This document shows positions 26,163-43,412 of a stretch of 64,000 nucleotides of DNA, piece after piece (within the stretch, counting starts at the first letter, position 1; each line of letters opens with the position of its first letter). The translations under genes and the position numbers were made by a program. The notes below the pieces were generated by a model, which saw only the letters and a program-made list of their open reading frames with translations, was not told the origin of the DNA and made no database searches. Source of the DNA: Ancylonema sp. (taxonomy: Eukaryota); the NCBI GenBank assembly GCA_050230475.1, contig JBFLGF010000133.1, positions 1-64,000 of the forward strand, read 5' to 3'.

Positions 26163-29100
26163 ATGGTGAATCCCGTAGCTCTCTCCAGTGTGTCTCGGGC
26201 CACCTGTGATGCCAGCTGGCAGTCAGATGCGAGCACCTGCTCCAGAATCCGCCCCGTTGCTCCCCTGAGTGCGAGCGCCACTGTGAAATCCGGATGGCGC
26301 ACTGGCGTGACTCTCAGACATCTCCTGACGGATCCAACCAGATCGACCGCTAGATTTGCTCCGCGATTTTCGGGTGCAAGGGCCGCAACCCGTGGCGATG
26401 GGGCTGATGAGGAGTCGGTTCCGTGGGCGGCGCGTTTGTATTTGAATGTCACCGGATTCCCGTTCCCACTCTCTCCCTTTGTGGAGCGAAGAACTATCCG
26501 TACGGAGGTACGGAGCCACGTGGCAATGCGGGCATGGCTCACGAATCGGATCCGGTCCGAAAGCCGAGGTCCGTTTGAGGGAACATTCTGGGAAAGCTGC
26601 AGGATTTTACAACGACTGACGCTGGCGCACTGAACTGCATTCCCGGCAGCACTCTTTAAAGTTGAAACGAGTACATCGCTGAACTGCTCCATACTAGCGT
26701 AACCGTTGTGACGGAAATGGCGGAATCTTCCACATCAGTTACCTTACCTCCAATAAGCCCCTCTAATGAAATAACAAGAATGACATACACAGCACCTCTG
26801 CATCACCCCCACCCCTCCCCTCCCCTCCCCCAACCCTGGTGGGCCCCACCCCTGCAGGCCGTCAAGGGTTCCATTTGGCTGTTTGAGCAGGAGCAGGGGT
26901 TGGGGTTCAGCAGCGTGACGACCAACATCCGGATGACGGTTATCAAACTGAAAGGGGGCGGGCTCTGGGTGCACTCCCCAATCGCCCCTACCAGGGAATG
27001 CCTCGCTGTAAGGAAACGGAATAACGTATTCATGAATATATGTAGGAATGAATGTATGAATGTGGGGATACAGGGATATGTACATTATAGATGAATGTAC
27101 ATGTTCATGTGCATGTGCATGTGCATCTTGTGTTGGCATGTATGTATGTGTATATGTATATGGATGCATATATGCAGATGTGTGTATATAATGTATGTAT
27201 GTGCGTATGTAAGTAAGCAGATGTGCATGCATGTGTTTTGTTTGCACATGGTTAATGTGCATGTAGGTATCATGCACATGATACCTACAATAAAACACAT
27301 GTTCGACAAAATACATAAAAGATACACATATAGCTCGGAATTCATAGAGGAAACAAACTTGACCGTGTGAAGATGAATTACCCTTTCCCCCCCCCTAATT
27401 CAATCCACCTATTTCATCATGTTCATCTACTTACATACATGTGAATGCACGCATCCTATTGCCACCACATGTCATGTATGCCAATTTGCCTCACTCTGCC
27501 TCTTTTTGCCTCTTTTTGCCTCTTTCTGCCTCTTTTTGCCAGCTGCTGCGAGAACTGGATGCCCCTGTGGACTACATCATTCTGCCCACTTTTGCCTATG
27601 AGGTACTTTCGCTGCTTATGTATATGAGGCATTTCTGCACTCTTGTACCTTCATTGTTTTGGGCCCCGTGCTTACGGCCGCTAAGGTGACGGGTTATTTC
27701 TACAATTATTGTTGGAACCATTATCATTATCATGATATAAATCATGATGATCATTTTCATAAATCATAATAAACATTTCAATGAATGTTATCATTACCGT
27801 TATCAGTATGCCGACATAATACATAACAATACACACTACTAGATGATCTTATCATTTGGATATTATTATCACAAAATTTAATACAGCAACTATTAGTATG
27901 ATGATGGTTTATGTATTAATATTAGTTCTAATTGTACCGCAGTGGGCAGGGATGATGACCCGGGTTTTTTTTAAGGTATTATATCTGCGGATCAACCCAC
28001 CCAATGACCCCGAATTTGGAATAATGTTTGATAACCCACAGACAGAATGAACCACCCTTTCACCACTACTATTTTTTTGACCCACCCTTCGGGATTCTAT
28101 ATGGGACATTGAGTACGGTATTGTCATCTTCAATACTATGATTATTATTATTGTTAATAATGATATTATTATTAGTAGTAGTATTATTAGTATTGCTAGT
28201 AATAATATTATTATTATTATTATTATTGTTAATGATGTTATTATCATTAGTATTATTATTAGTATTATCATTATTGTTATTGTTATTGTTACTGTTATTA
28301 TTATTATTATCATTATTATTATTATTATTATTATCATTATTATATGTATTATTATCATTATTATTAGAATCATTATCATTATTATCATTATCATCATTAT
28401 TATCATTATCGTCATTATTTTCAATATGTTGGTTATCATTTGAATAATAATAATAACAATTGAACTTATGATCATCATCAATGTTGTTATTATGATGATG
28501 AATAATGATTGCTACCATTATTATTATCTGTATCAATAAGAGCACTTCATCAATTTCATCACTTTCATTACTTTCATCATCACAATCCCCATTCCCAAAA
28601 TTCCCAAACTTCTCCTCCTTCACCATGTCATAAACACCAACAATGCACCGCCCCCCCCCCACCCCCCACCCCCCCCCCCAACATACTCCCAGCACAAGAT
28701 TTTCGTCGCCCCCTTTGCCCGTCAATTCCCTTCCGCCCGCGTATGGACCGCCCCCTCCCAGTGGTCCTGGCCCCACCACCACCCCCCCCAGCTCTTCGGA
28801 ATCTTCCCGGAAGGAACCCTGGAAAACGACGACGAAACCACCCCCTGGGCCCCCGAAATTTCCCAGAAGCTTCTCCTCTCCCCTGAGGTGGGCATTGGGC
28901 CGTACGTGGAAGTCGCCTTCTTCCACCGCCCCTCCAAAACGCTCGTTGTAACGGATTGCGTGGTACTCGTTCCGAAAACCCCCCTCCCCATCATAAGGGA
29001 GGAGTCTCTGTTGGATGCCGCCCAAAACGGGCTGGCGGTGAGGGTGCTCAGCGCCGGCCAGGAGATTTCAACAGAGCGGGTGGAGGACTCCCCCCAAGCC

Positions 29101-30074
29101 CGGGCGACAGGTGGGGGGGACATTTGCCAGGGGGAAAGGAACACAGAACCAGTACCTCGCAACTCTCTTAACCTTTCCCCCCCCCCCCGCATCAAAGTGC
29201 ACTGATTTTTATTCCAGATTCGGAGTCGATCGCTGATTGTATGCTCTCAAGGGTTTGATATGCCACCCCCCCTCCCCCCAAACCCCCCCCCGGAGTGCCA
29301 GGCTGGCAGCGGATGGTTCTTCAGATCCTCTATTTCGGCCCCTCTGACCTCCTGAACCCCTCCGCCTCCTTTTCCAAAGTAGCGGATCGAATCATCGTGT
29401 CGCCCGTCATTCGGACCCTGGTGTTCAATAAAGTGCCGCAAACGGTACGGGGGATGAGGGACGCGTGTGCACTTTTGGTGGTGGACACGTGTGCACTCTT
29501 GGAAGTGGACACGTGGCATCTCCACCTTTGGGGGGGCATGGTTTGGGCATGTTATTGCTTTTTGGTTTAGACTTGTTATGGGACCCAGAGATGAGGGTTG
29601 GAAGTTGAGAAAGAAGAAGGTAAGAGCGGGGTTGGTTGTGGGTAGACCTTTGGATTCGGAGCACAATGGATGTGAACTCGAACGAAGGGAAACGGGTGTG
29701 GTTTTTGTTTGGTAACCGAAAGTTTTCATGTTCGAGTATTGGTTGGATGTGGGGTGCAGGTCCGGGTTTGGGTGGACTCCATATCGTCGGAATGGAATTT
29801 CCAGCGCATAATTCCCGCGCATTTTGCGGCACCAATCAAGGCGCGGCCTGCGGACTTTAGGGCGGCGTTTGACTTCTTAGATGGACTCGTTGGGGGGTCG
29901 GAAGTGAAACCCCAGGGTTTTGGAGGTGTCTTTAGGAATTTGTTTGCCCCTAAAGGATCTAGAGCGCGAGATCTGGAGGGGACGAATGCGGACATGAAAA
30001 CTCTAGATGGACTTAACAATATTTTAGTGAAGGTGGGGGCGGTTAAGAAAACAGATGCTTTGCTCGATGATTGA
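26163..30074 (+). CDS. DUF4336-family protein, probably plastid-targeted
   Basis: In-frame exons 26163-26507, 26858-27007, 27543-27602, 28693-29110, 29302-29444 and 29760-30074. Motifs TGFPFPL, IRMTVIKL..GGLWVHSPIAPT, YEHKIF, EVAFFHRPSKTLVVTD and WNFQRIIPAHF. Confidence 0.88.
27937..28118. mobile_element. Diverged inverted copy of the 5372-5610 MITE in a DUF4336 intron
   Basis: ta|ccgcagtggg..atgacccgggtt..cacccaat..acccac..agaatga..tttgacccacccttc..tacgg|ta is collinear with the reverse complement of 5372-5610. Confidence 0.6.
28130..28530. repeat. (ATT/ATC)n microsatellite tract in an intron
   Basis: Read directly. Confidence 0.95.
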
Positions 30075-30833
30075 ATCGGTACTTTTTTTTTTTTGAGTTA
30101 CATGAGTGCAGCATCTTGTACAAACCTCAAAGAATTTGAAATCTCCGAATATTTTTTCGTTTGTAGTGAGTGTCCTTCGCCCCTACACGCTACAAATCCA
30201 ACACTGGGATGAAACGAGCTATTCACACATGTCTATTTCGAAGTGTGCCCAACTTCAAACGGCACTAGTAGCGGACGAGTGAGGACTCATTGCTTACATA
30301 TATCGAGAAATATAAACAAGAAGAGTAAAATTAAAGTGGCTATGGAGAAATAAGAGAATCTTTAAATGAAAAACCATAGGTACCGCTTTGCAAGTGGAGA
30401 AATCATGGTTATTAAGGTTATTAACCTCATCCTTTGTTATTTGACGAGGGAGAACCAATTCAAAATCCATGACTTCGAACTACAGCTTGTGCAACTATGA
30501 AAAGCATGGTTACACTTTGGCACTAGACAAAACTTTGCTACAACATATGTGATTGTACAAACACTACTTTGTTGTTGAACCACTCACTACTCATGTAAGA
30601 ATACGTACACAAGGATCCCTTCTTGTGACAAATATCAACAACTTCACCCTCGTCTTTACCTTTTTCTTCATCAACATAAACGTTTCTATCATATGTTGTA
30701 TGGAAGCCTAAGTATCCGCGAAGTAGTCGCGGCTAACTCTTATTTGGTTATTGATGTTGTGAGTAAGTAATTTGTTTAACATTTTCTATGCGATAAAGAT
30801 TTGACACGCATAGTCGCACCATGCGTCTTGCAC

Positions 30834-34092
<3,259 letters not shown>

Positions 34093-35318
34093 GTCGACTG
34101 CCCTCGATGACCGCAGATAGCCCCGACTCCACAATCGGAGAACTTCACGATAGTGCACTGGATCAGGTCGTCAGAAATTGTGGCATTGTTCTTACGCAGC
34201 ATTTGCAAGTACAGGTAAGATCAGATGTACAGTTTTTTAAAGCAGATGTGGGCACGATGTTGTCACATCATCTAGCCAAGAACTGGAAATGGTTAGGGCG
34301 GACATGTGACTTAGACTAAGCCGCTTAGTACTTGGCATGTTGTTTTGCCGGCCACGAGCCAGCACGGGGTGGGCACAGGGGTGGGCATCCCCCTATGACG
34401 GTAGAACCTACCGTGTGCGACCGTATGCCAGACGGGTCGGCCGAATTGAGCTGCCCCTTCGACTGGCGCGCGCTGACGAAGGGGTATCCTTAGGCGATTG
34501 ACCCGCAGATGACGCGAACTTGCCAATTGGCCCAATTAGGGCCGTCCTTTGCGGACGTGAGCTCTACGGATGATGGCGTCCCACGATCATTGCCGTATCC
34601 GTATCCGTATCTGAAATCAATCCGTTTCATCAGTTTGTGACGTTCTATCAACCCAGAAGAGAAGGGAGAGCAGGAAAGCTCAAGACCTCTCTCTCTGCAT
34701 CGTAACTATCTCTCTCTGACTACTGGCAGCTCATGTCAGAAGCCTGAATGCGGACGTAGATGACGAGCTGAGAGGTACAACAGCCGGCCTGCATCTTCAG
34801 AAATTGATACTCATAATCTGCAACTCACTCAGGGCGGATACGGGACCGCTTCACATTCCTTTCGTTTTACTCTGTCGGAAACAACAGGCATCAGGTTCAT
34901 TTAAGAGGGCTTACGATACCTCATTCTTCGTGCTGTCGTACGGCAGGTTTTTGAAGTGTTTTTAAGGAAAACGTAAATACTGAACAAGTCACGGCCGCTG
35001 GCCCTTAGATGTCTTCGAACCACTTTCAAATATATAAACTGAGGCTGCAACATTATTTTTTTCTTTTCGTTTATAATATTACATGAAGCCACTTGTACTT
35101 GAAGTCGATGCGAGTGAAGCGACTGCGCCATTCAAACAGATTCTTGCGACAACAAGGGATTGTATAAACAGCTCCTGTAGGTGATGTTTGTGAGGGAATA
35201 GAGCGTGAAGTTAATTCTGCGTGTACTGGAGCAGTAAGTGCAGCTTGTTAATCTTACTTTCTTGAACTCCCGACTGTACTTACTCTAGCTGCTGTTTTTT
35301 CCTGTTTGAAGGTGAGAA

Positions 35319-36475
35319 ATGCCTATTGGTTATCCAAATCTGTACGGACTACAGCAATACGATTACAAGACTGGCTACTTCGACAGCGGCCATCCGTTGT
35401 TCGGCCAAGTAAGCAGTCCTACACATTTTGCAGAGCTGTGGCCTGCGATGTGGCGATGCTGCATACTTGTTACCTCTCTTAAGACCAGACAGGTTCCAGC
35501 GTTGTTCCATGCCATACAGCGGAGTCCAATTCCAGCTTACTACCAGCTTACTTCGTGATGCAACTGAAGCAACTTGTTCGGCAATACCTTGCACCGTCAT
35601 TCACAATCGCTGCAGTTTGTGCCGCACTGCGTCCTGATCATTTCGCCTGCCTGTGCATGCAGGGTGTGGGATATGGAGGTGAGCTGGGTCTGCTCCACCT
35701 TGCCATCTCCTCTGGTTGGGTTGCATTTTGTGCCATTTTCTGAAGATGTAAGAGACCACTCTCTGCGTCTGTTCAGAATCCTGTTTGACCTCGTTGTGGC
35801 GTAAAGTACGCAGGGAGCATGTGCATGGCCTCACGATTTGTTTGAATGTTCGCTGGCGGTCTTTTGATTCCATACACAGTCGTGTGCGGATTCGGGGCCC
35901 TCTTCGCGGTCTTCACAATAGCACTGGTGTATCTGGACAAGATTTTCGGAAAGTTTGTTTACAACGCGGAAAACTTCAACACCGCAGGCTGCTCCATCAA
36001 GACAGGCTTGATTGCCGTCGATGTGCTTTCACACTGGACGTGGTACGGAGTCCTGACAGTCTGTTGATCAACTGCTCTGATCGGTGGTCCCACGAATATG
36101 TCTGTTCTTGAATCAGCAGAACTGTTGCCTGTGCCGTTCATTGAGTAGACAATCCACTTTCTATCTCAGTACCACCTACTATTGCAATGTGCAGTAGATG
36201 ATGTGGCGTGAATATCCAGAAAAGGTTGCAGCTTGAAGCTTGAGAAGAACTCATAGTCGCCGAGAGACAGAGACACTCATTGGTGGCCTGTTTTTTTCTC
36301 TCTCACCATAATGGTTCTGACAGCTGATAGGGCGTCTACTGTTCTCCAATCCGCTTCTGCGGCATATGGATATGGCGTGGCTGGAGGATACTGGTGAGGG
36401 GCGTGAGCAACCTTTTCGAGATACCTAGGAATCCAGATACCATCATTAAATGATTATAAAAAAATTGGAAAAATG

Positions 36476-36506
<31 letters not shown>

Positions 36507-39500
36507 AAACGTAAAGAACAAAACGTCAAAAAATTGTGACACAGAGGTAACAGCACTCCTGGTACAACGACCCAAGCTCCTTCCACGCATCGACAATTCC
36601 ACAAACAAAAAACAGTACTCATCCTCACTCCCAATGCTCTGATCCCCTTCCGTTTCCAGGTACGGTGGTGGAGCCGTGTGCCAAGTCTTCCTCTTCGCCA
36701 CCACCGCCGCTGAAGTGAAGAGACGCACCCCGCGCGCCCACACGGTAATCGAGCTGGTTCGCCGGCGGTGGGGCCACTTGGCCGCCTGGGTGTTCCTCTA
36801 CATGTGCCTGTGCAACAATGTGTTTGCCACCGTGCTGCAGCTGCTGGGCACTGCCAACTGCCTGGTGGCAGCCACGGGGATGAACGTGTGAGTGGGGGAA
36901 GGGTGGGATTGGGACAGCAGGTCTGGTAGACTCACATGACCTAGGCCCCTTGTGCGTTTACGCACAATGGTACGGACTAGGGAATGGTAGGGCTTGACAT
37001 TGGGGTAGACCTTGTCACTGAGCTGCAGTTTCGAAAAAAAAACAGTGTTTTGGACTATCTGAAGCAGCAGACTTTTGTGAGATGGATATGAGAATGTCAG
37101 TTGTGTCCATATCCACGGACAGAGTACATTCACATCCATCACCATACATCATGTCCTGAATCGACTACATTCTCATCGTCACAAATGACATACCACACCT
37201 CGCAAACAGAAAGACCTGCATGCCCTCAACCACATTCCGTTCAGCTACAGCCGCTAAGTCTGGAACCTGCTTGGGTTCCAAGCACCTCTATCACATGGCA
37301 GCTGTCCCATGAGTCCCCTGTCCCTTGGTTTCCCAGGTATGCAGCGTACATGCTCATCCCCCTCAGCATCATCGTGTACACGGTGGCTGGAGGACTGAAA
37401 GCCACCTTCACCTCCTCCTACCTTCACACAGCCGTCATACTCATCGCCATGTCCATCTTCAGCTTCAAAGTAGGGGCACAGAAACCCGCAGAACCCCACA
37501 GACCCCACAGAACTGTCTCTTCCCTGTTTCCCTCTCTGACGCCACTTTCTGGGACATCCATGAGGACCTCTGTGATTTACTTCTGCAATTTTAATATTAT
37601 TTTTGTTTTTATTTTTCCCCTAGTTTTTTCCGAGAAATTTCCCTGGTACATAGCTGCACCTGAATCCTTGTCAATCTATCGGCAAATACTATTTTTTTGT
37701 TATCTGTTTTTGTTTCCACTCAACCATGTCAGCGCCCGAGTTTTGTTAGTTGTGGTGAGGAAGTGGTGGACAAAGGAATGTGGATTTGGTGTGTGGCAGA
37801 TCTACACGTCAGGGGGACCGTTTCCCCTGGGGAGCATCTCACGCGTGTGGGAGAATCTGAAGCTGTATGCGGAGGAAGTTAGGCCAGTTGCAGGTTGGCC
37901 GATCATATTTCGAGGCTTTCCCTGGGACTATTATGTGTGACATACAATATCTGACTGACTATATGGAACAGAGCATACTTTTTCCAACAGCCAGCTCTTG
38001 AAGAGCATGCAAGCTGCAAGCTGTACTGCATCACTGACTAAGCTAGCATCATCCATTGTGATTCTTTTCTTTTGGACTTTCTTTTTGCGCATGTTGTATG
38101 ATGTGATCAGTGTCACTCTTGCCAGATCGTTTCCTTCACGTACATGATTGTCTGTTATAGCTGGCCTTTGTTTCAGCTATTCAAAACATTTTTATTTTTA
38201 ATTTTTTTTCAGGCAACAGGGACGGGAGTTACATGACCTTCTGGTCGCTAACATGTGAGAACAAACAAGCTTCTCCACTCCTCTTCCTTCTCTTGCAAAA
38301 TTTATCTTCACCTTCAATGTGGGGTACTGGTTCCAGACCCGCCAGTAGATATTCAGGTGTTCAAAAGCAAAAAAGTGACAACGAAGAAAAGACAACTGCG
38401 ATGTCCTTCTTATTTTATAAAAACTCGATTCCAGATTCTGAACACAGCCTGTGTGGTCTCTTTTGCCCGACAGCTTTCCAGTTTGGTGTTTTGAACGTCT
38501 TCGGATCCTTTGGCACCATTTTCGCCGACCAAGCCTACTGGCAGGTTCGTCTGCAGATGCAGATCTCGCAAACCGGTTAACCGCATCCGTTTCACCTTCG
38601 ACCTCCCATACCACACACGACACAGGGAACAAGGGGGGAACTCGTCCCCATCTCTGAAACAGAAGGTTCTAGAGACCTGTAGAGGAATCTGGTTCCTGCA
38701 CACACACACACACACACACCTCACCTCCTTCAGGTTGAGAGCTGCATCTCAAAAAAACACCCTGATCCCCTTTTCTCCCTCCCCAAACTCCTCTCTCTGT
38801 CTGTCAGAGCGCGATTGCGTCCACCCCCGAGTCTGCTTTTAAGGGGTACCTTCTGGGGGGAGTGATGTGGTTCTGCATCCCCGTCTGTCTGGCGACTTCG
38901 CTGGGGCTGGCGGGGATTGCTGCGGATCTGCCCATCAACCCCAAAGAACTGCACGATGGTAAGGGTGGGGAGGGAGGTAGGGGGGGAGGGGGGGAAGTGG
39001 AAGAGGGAGGGGGCTGGTGAAGAAATTGAGTGGAGTCTCATGAATTCAATGGGTGGGATGGCCGTGGGAGAGACCTCTTTCAATGTCCTTCCATCATTGC
39101 ACCATCTGTTCCCTGCTTTTATGATAAATTTCGGAAGGGCCATGTTTCCCTTCAGTTGGGCCATGTTGATCAAGAATGCACAAAGCTCACGATCGACTTC
39201 CTGCTATTTTCCGCATCATTTTTTTTTCCTTTTTTCTTTTTTTCCTGTGCAGGTCTGGTCCCTGTCGCCACCTCCCACTTCCTTCTCGGCCCCCCTGGCG
39301 TGGTGCTCACCCTCGTGATGGTGTTCATGGCCGTCACCTCCCCCTTGTCAGCGGAACTCATCGCAGTCAGCTCACTACTCACGTACGACGTGTAGAAGGT
39401 GGAGGGTTGGTCGGAAAGGCTACCCCTCGGACTTGACGTGTGAATGAATGACATCCACACACCATTTGAAAGATCTCAGCATGTTACCAGCACTTTTTTT

Positions 39501-41766
39501 GTTTTTGTTTTTGTTTTTTTTTGTTTTGTTTTTTTTTTTTTTTTTTTGGTTTGGAAATGTTTCTACTGCATGCTTTCAACTGCCCTCTGCCAGCGTGCTC
39601 ATGCTGTTGGAGATACAATGTGATTGTTTCTTGTTTGGAAATTCTGGCCCTGGCTGCTTCACAGTTACAAACCTCCCTACTCGATTCTGGTGTGCAACCG
39701 TGGTGTGAACCCCTTCTCATGGGCTGCTTTGGGCTCACCGTGCTCCTTCTTTCAGGAATACTTTCGACCCAAGGCAGCAGGTCCTGAGCTTCTCCTGGTC
39801 TCCAGGATCATGGTGGTCCTCACGGGTATCGTATTTGGAGGCGTGGCATGCCTCTTTGCTTCGGTAACAGACAGACGAGTCCCTCTGTTGCGCCTTCTTT
39901 GAACCAGAAAATGCGCTTTTCCATTATTTATTTCTTTTTCTTAAAGATTACTTCACTCTACTCTACTTCCTACTCCTTCCCACGATTTCAGTTCACTTCT
40001 AACACTTTTCTTTAATTTTTACATCACAAAGTCTAGTCATTGCACGTCATGCGATGACCAATGCCGTTGTCGTGCGGTGCCGCACATCATATCCCCTCAA
40101 ATTCTTGAGCAGCTATCCACGTTGATTTTACATAATGAGAGCGCGTCTGACCTCTGGTCACCTCTTCTGATTGGGTGAAGTAGATATCAAGTGGGGATAG
40201 GGAGGCTGGGGGTTGAAATTGTATTCTTCCTGCAAAGGAATACAATTGATAATAACACGTACTTACATACAGTTGCTACTTGGGGTTTTGAAAAAGTGTT
40301 GTTTGGAGGTGGCGGTTCGGTTCTGGACTTTCTTTCTTTCTTTTTTTCATTCTTCCATCGTTTTCTTTTGTTTTTATTCCATCCTTCCCCTTCCACTACC
40401 TGGCCCCACATCCCCTCGCTCACTCGTAACCTGACCCCAAAAAAGTGAACTCTGAAACCTCATACTCATAATAAAATCCAATGTTTCAGGTGGGAGTGAA
40501 CTTCAACTTCCTTTTTCTCGTGGTGGGCCTAGTGGGGTCCTCTGCCACCCCCCCCCTGCTGTGCATGCTGGTGTGGCCAGCTGTCAGGCGGTGGGCAGCC
40601 ATCAGCGGGGCTCTGGGAGGGCAGGCATGTGCTGTCACAGTATGGTTGGTGCACACGTGGGTGAGGGGAGACGGATGCCTTTTTTCTTTCTTTCTTTTCT
40701 TTTTTTTGCTTCTCTTTTTTTTTTTTTTTAATGTCATTTGTCATTTCACCTCTTCTTTTCCACTCAACCTTAATAAAGACCGAAATATGGTGGTTTTTAC
40801 TTCTTAGGCTCCATGTGGGGATGGGGAAGCATGTAGCTATCAAATGTTTTTGTTATTCATATTCATATATGTTTAAATTCGGATTCGTATGTGAGAGTGT
40901 TAGATTTGAGAGGGGGTTGAGAAGCGTTGGGGTTGGGGCACCTTATGTGTGTTCAGCAGGTTTTTTGTACTCCAAGCGTTTTTTTCACGGTCTTTTTCAG
41001 TTCGAAGTCGAGAAGAATTTTGTATGCTATATATTTTGATACAGTCACCAAATGTCTACAATCTCGGAGACCCCGATACTTGAAGAAATGCTTGAAGATG
41101 CTTGGATTTGAAATTTGAGAAAAGTCACAAAGACAAAATGACAGGAATGCAAATGGGGGGGTCGAAGCTCGAATCACCCGCTTGACCTCTTTCCAAGGGG
41201 GGGGGGGGTTCATGGAAACACAGAAAGACTACGGGGTGATCACGATTGCCACCGCACAAAACATTCTCCCCAACATGACGGGGGCAATGGCCGCCATTTT
41301 CTGTTCGGGTCTCATCCTGACCCTCGTAACGTGGATATGGCCGGACAAAAGCAACGCCTACGACCTATTTATCAAAGGCGAGGACGCGTCCGTACCGGAT
41401 CTTACGCAAATAGATTGAGGACGTGTGGCGGTGGTTGAAGAGGGAATTGCAGTCGACTACGATGCCGAGAGGGAGGCACTGAATTCCCCCGAGGCGAGAC
41501 GGCGAGTTAGGTGGACGTGGATCATTGGGTTGAGTCTGTCTACCATTTTTTGTGTCCTTTGGCCGCTTCTGACTCTGCCGGCGGGTGTTTGGGACGTTGG
41601 TTACTTCACCTTTTATGTCATTCTTACCTTGGTGTGGGGCACCGTAGCCACCGCTATCTGTATATTTTTGCCATTGATCAAGGCATGGGAGATCATTGCC
41701 GTTGTGGTGACTTTAGGAAGGTATCAAGTTGGTGAGCATAAGCCTTCACATTTGCAGCATTTGTAG
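35319..41766 (+). pseudogene. DUR3: DUR3-like urea/proton symporter (SSF family) with two in-frame stops; probable recent pseudogene
   Basis: About 14 GT-AG exons: GVGYGVVCGFGALFA, FNTAGCSIKTGLIA, WTWASTVLQS, VKRRTPRAHTVIE, GGLKATF, FADQAYWQSAIA and [17 protein letters not shown] at 39393-39395 and TGA at 41416-41418 interrupt the frame. Confidence 0.8.
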
Positions 41767-42995
41767 CATAAGTAGCATCTGGTTGTTGTAGAGTAAAACC
41801 TCGACGAGTGACTTGTGGTATATTCGAAATTCCGTTGAAGTTCATGTTTTCTCATGTGCCATAAGTGTTTTCAATGTAGTACATGAACGCATAGTGGACT
41901 GACACAGTAGAACCCGATCGTATCATTGTGTTTTGGCCATGAGACGTGCCGTATGTAATGTGAGATGTATGTTACCGTCATTCACAATACCGGTACCTTT
42001 GTGCATGTTGGTATATGTGTCACGCCTATGTGTCGTGGTAGTAAGCAATTGGAGAGTGTAATGTGTGATACTTATTTTTTAGAAGGTATGAAATATAGGT
42101 ATGAATTAGATAGGTATGAAATATCACAGTGTTCGCTGTATTTGCATGAGATTGCAGGGGGGCGAACTCCCTATTGACAACGTTTCTGACATTGGGCATA
42201 ACCAATAGTGCAGGAGGTGGACGAGCGACGCACAACGACAATGGCGCATGTGCCATAAGTTATGGCCCATGATCAATACTGCAGCCGTCACTGACAGCTG
42301 CAATTCTTGTATGTGACGGCCCGTCACCTCAATGTGTAGGATGGTCAAACAACCCATCATACATCATTCCGACGCTTGTTGGCACTTCGCCACTGTAGTT
42401 CATGATGTCGAATCGGATTTTTTGCATAGTGAGTGCACACAGACATGCGCGCGAGACGTATAGCAACCCGTGGTTGCCCATTGGCGTGGCTTAAGTACCC
42501 ACCGCATCCCGGATGAAGTCCAATATCACTGAGATGATCGCTATGGTGATGTCATTTCCATTTCTAGTTGAGGTTCACTAGATGCCAAGTGAGTCAAAGT
42601 TTTCCGAATCTCATTTGCTCTTGTGTTGTCTGTGGCAAATGTCAATCCAATGGATACCTACACCAAACGTTGCCCGAAGTGAAATCGTACTGCCACGAAG
42701 AATATTTGTACACAACTAGAATGTTTTGGTTTACTACCCCTTGATGGCACCAAATGTAAATAACCTTACCTTACTTGGCTAAGAACATAGGTTGGTGTCT
42801 CCAACATCACCAATTCTACGAGTCGCTTTTCATACTATCTAGTCATTGATCGTGTCTCAAACAATAATGAAGGGGGCAAAATAAATACCTCACTCCACAA
42901 GCAAAGGGGCATGAACAAGGTCGTGAACTACTACCTCAACGAGCTTTTGCCAAAACACTTGTGATGACTTCAACGGTTTTCATGTCAAAGAATCA

Positions 42996-43062
42996 ATGTT
43001 ATCGTATGTTATCGTATGTTATCGTATGTTATCGTATGTTATCGTATGTTATCGTATGTTAT
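42996..43062. repeat. 10-bp tandem repeat (ATGTTATCGT)n
   Basis: About 6.5 perfect units. Confidence 0.95.
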
Positions 43063-43412
43063 GTCATCAATGTTATATAACCTCAAAGATTTTTCCTCTA
43101 CCAAGCTTGAGGCTTGTTTGCTTACTTTCTTATGGTACACAACCAAAAGAAATGCCTGCAATAGTAGGTTATTTTATGTAGTTTCAAGAGCATTGTACAA
43201 ATGCCTTCACGCACGGGTATATTTCACTAGAGCAAACGGCCTCAAAAGAGTGGCTATTTTCATTCCTAAGATTACTCAAAATTGTGGGTGGCAATCATGG
43301 TACCACCTTTCAAGTCCTTCTCTTGTCTCATGACGTGTCTGTAGATAATTGTCAAGGGAAAAGAAAACATCAAACCATCAAGTTACAGTGCAGCGCAAAA
43401 CTAAGCCAGACT

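Noticed and set aside
26048..26692. 214-aa minus-strand ORF
   Set aside because: Antisense shadow of GC-rich DUF4336 exon 1, with no recognisable motif.
27909..29025. Long poly-Ile/poly-Asn/poly-Leu ORFs
   Set aside because: Translations of an intronic (ATT)n microsatellite and of the antisense strand of a DUF4336 exon.
41416..41418. Selenocysteine, readthrough or an alternative genetic code in DUR3
   Set aside because: The TGA lies in a variable loop, and the second stop is TAG at a Tyr position. Neighbouring genes use TAG and TGA as normal stops, and no SECIS was recognised.
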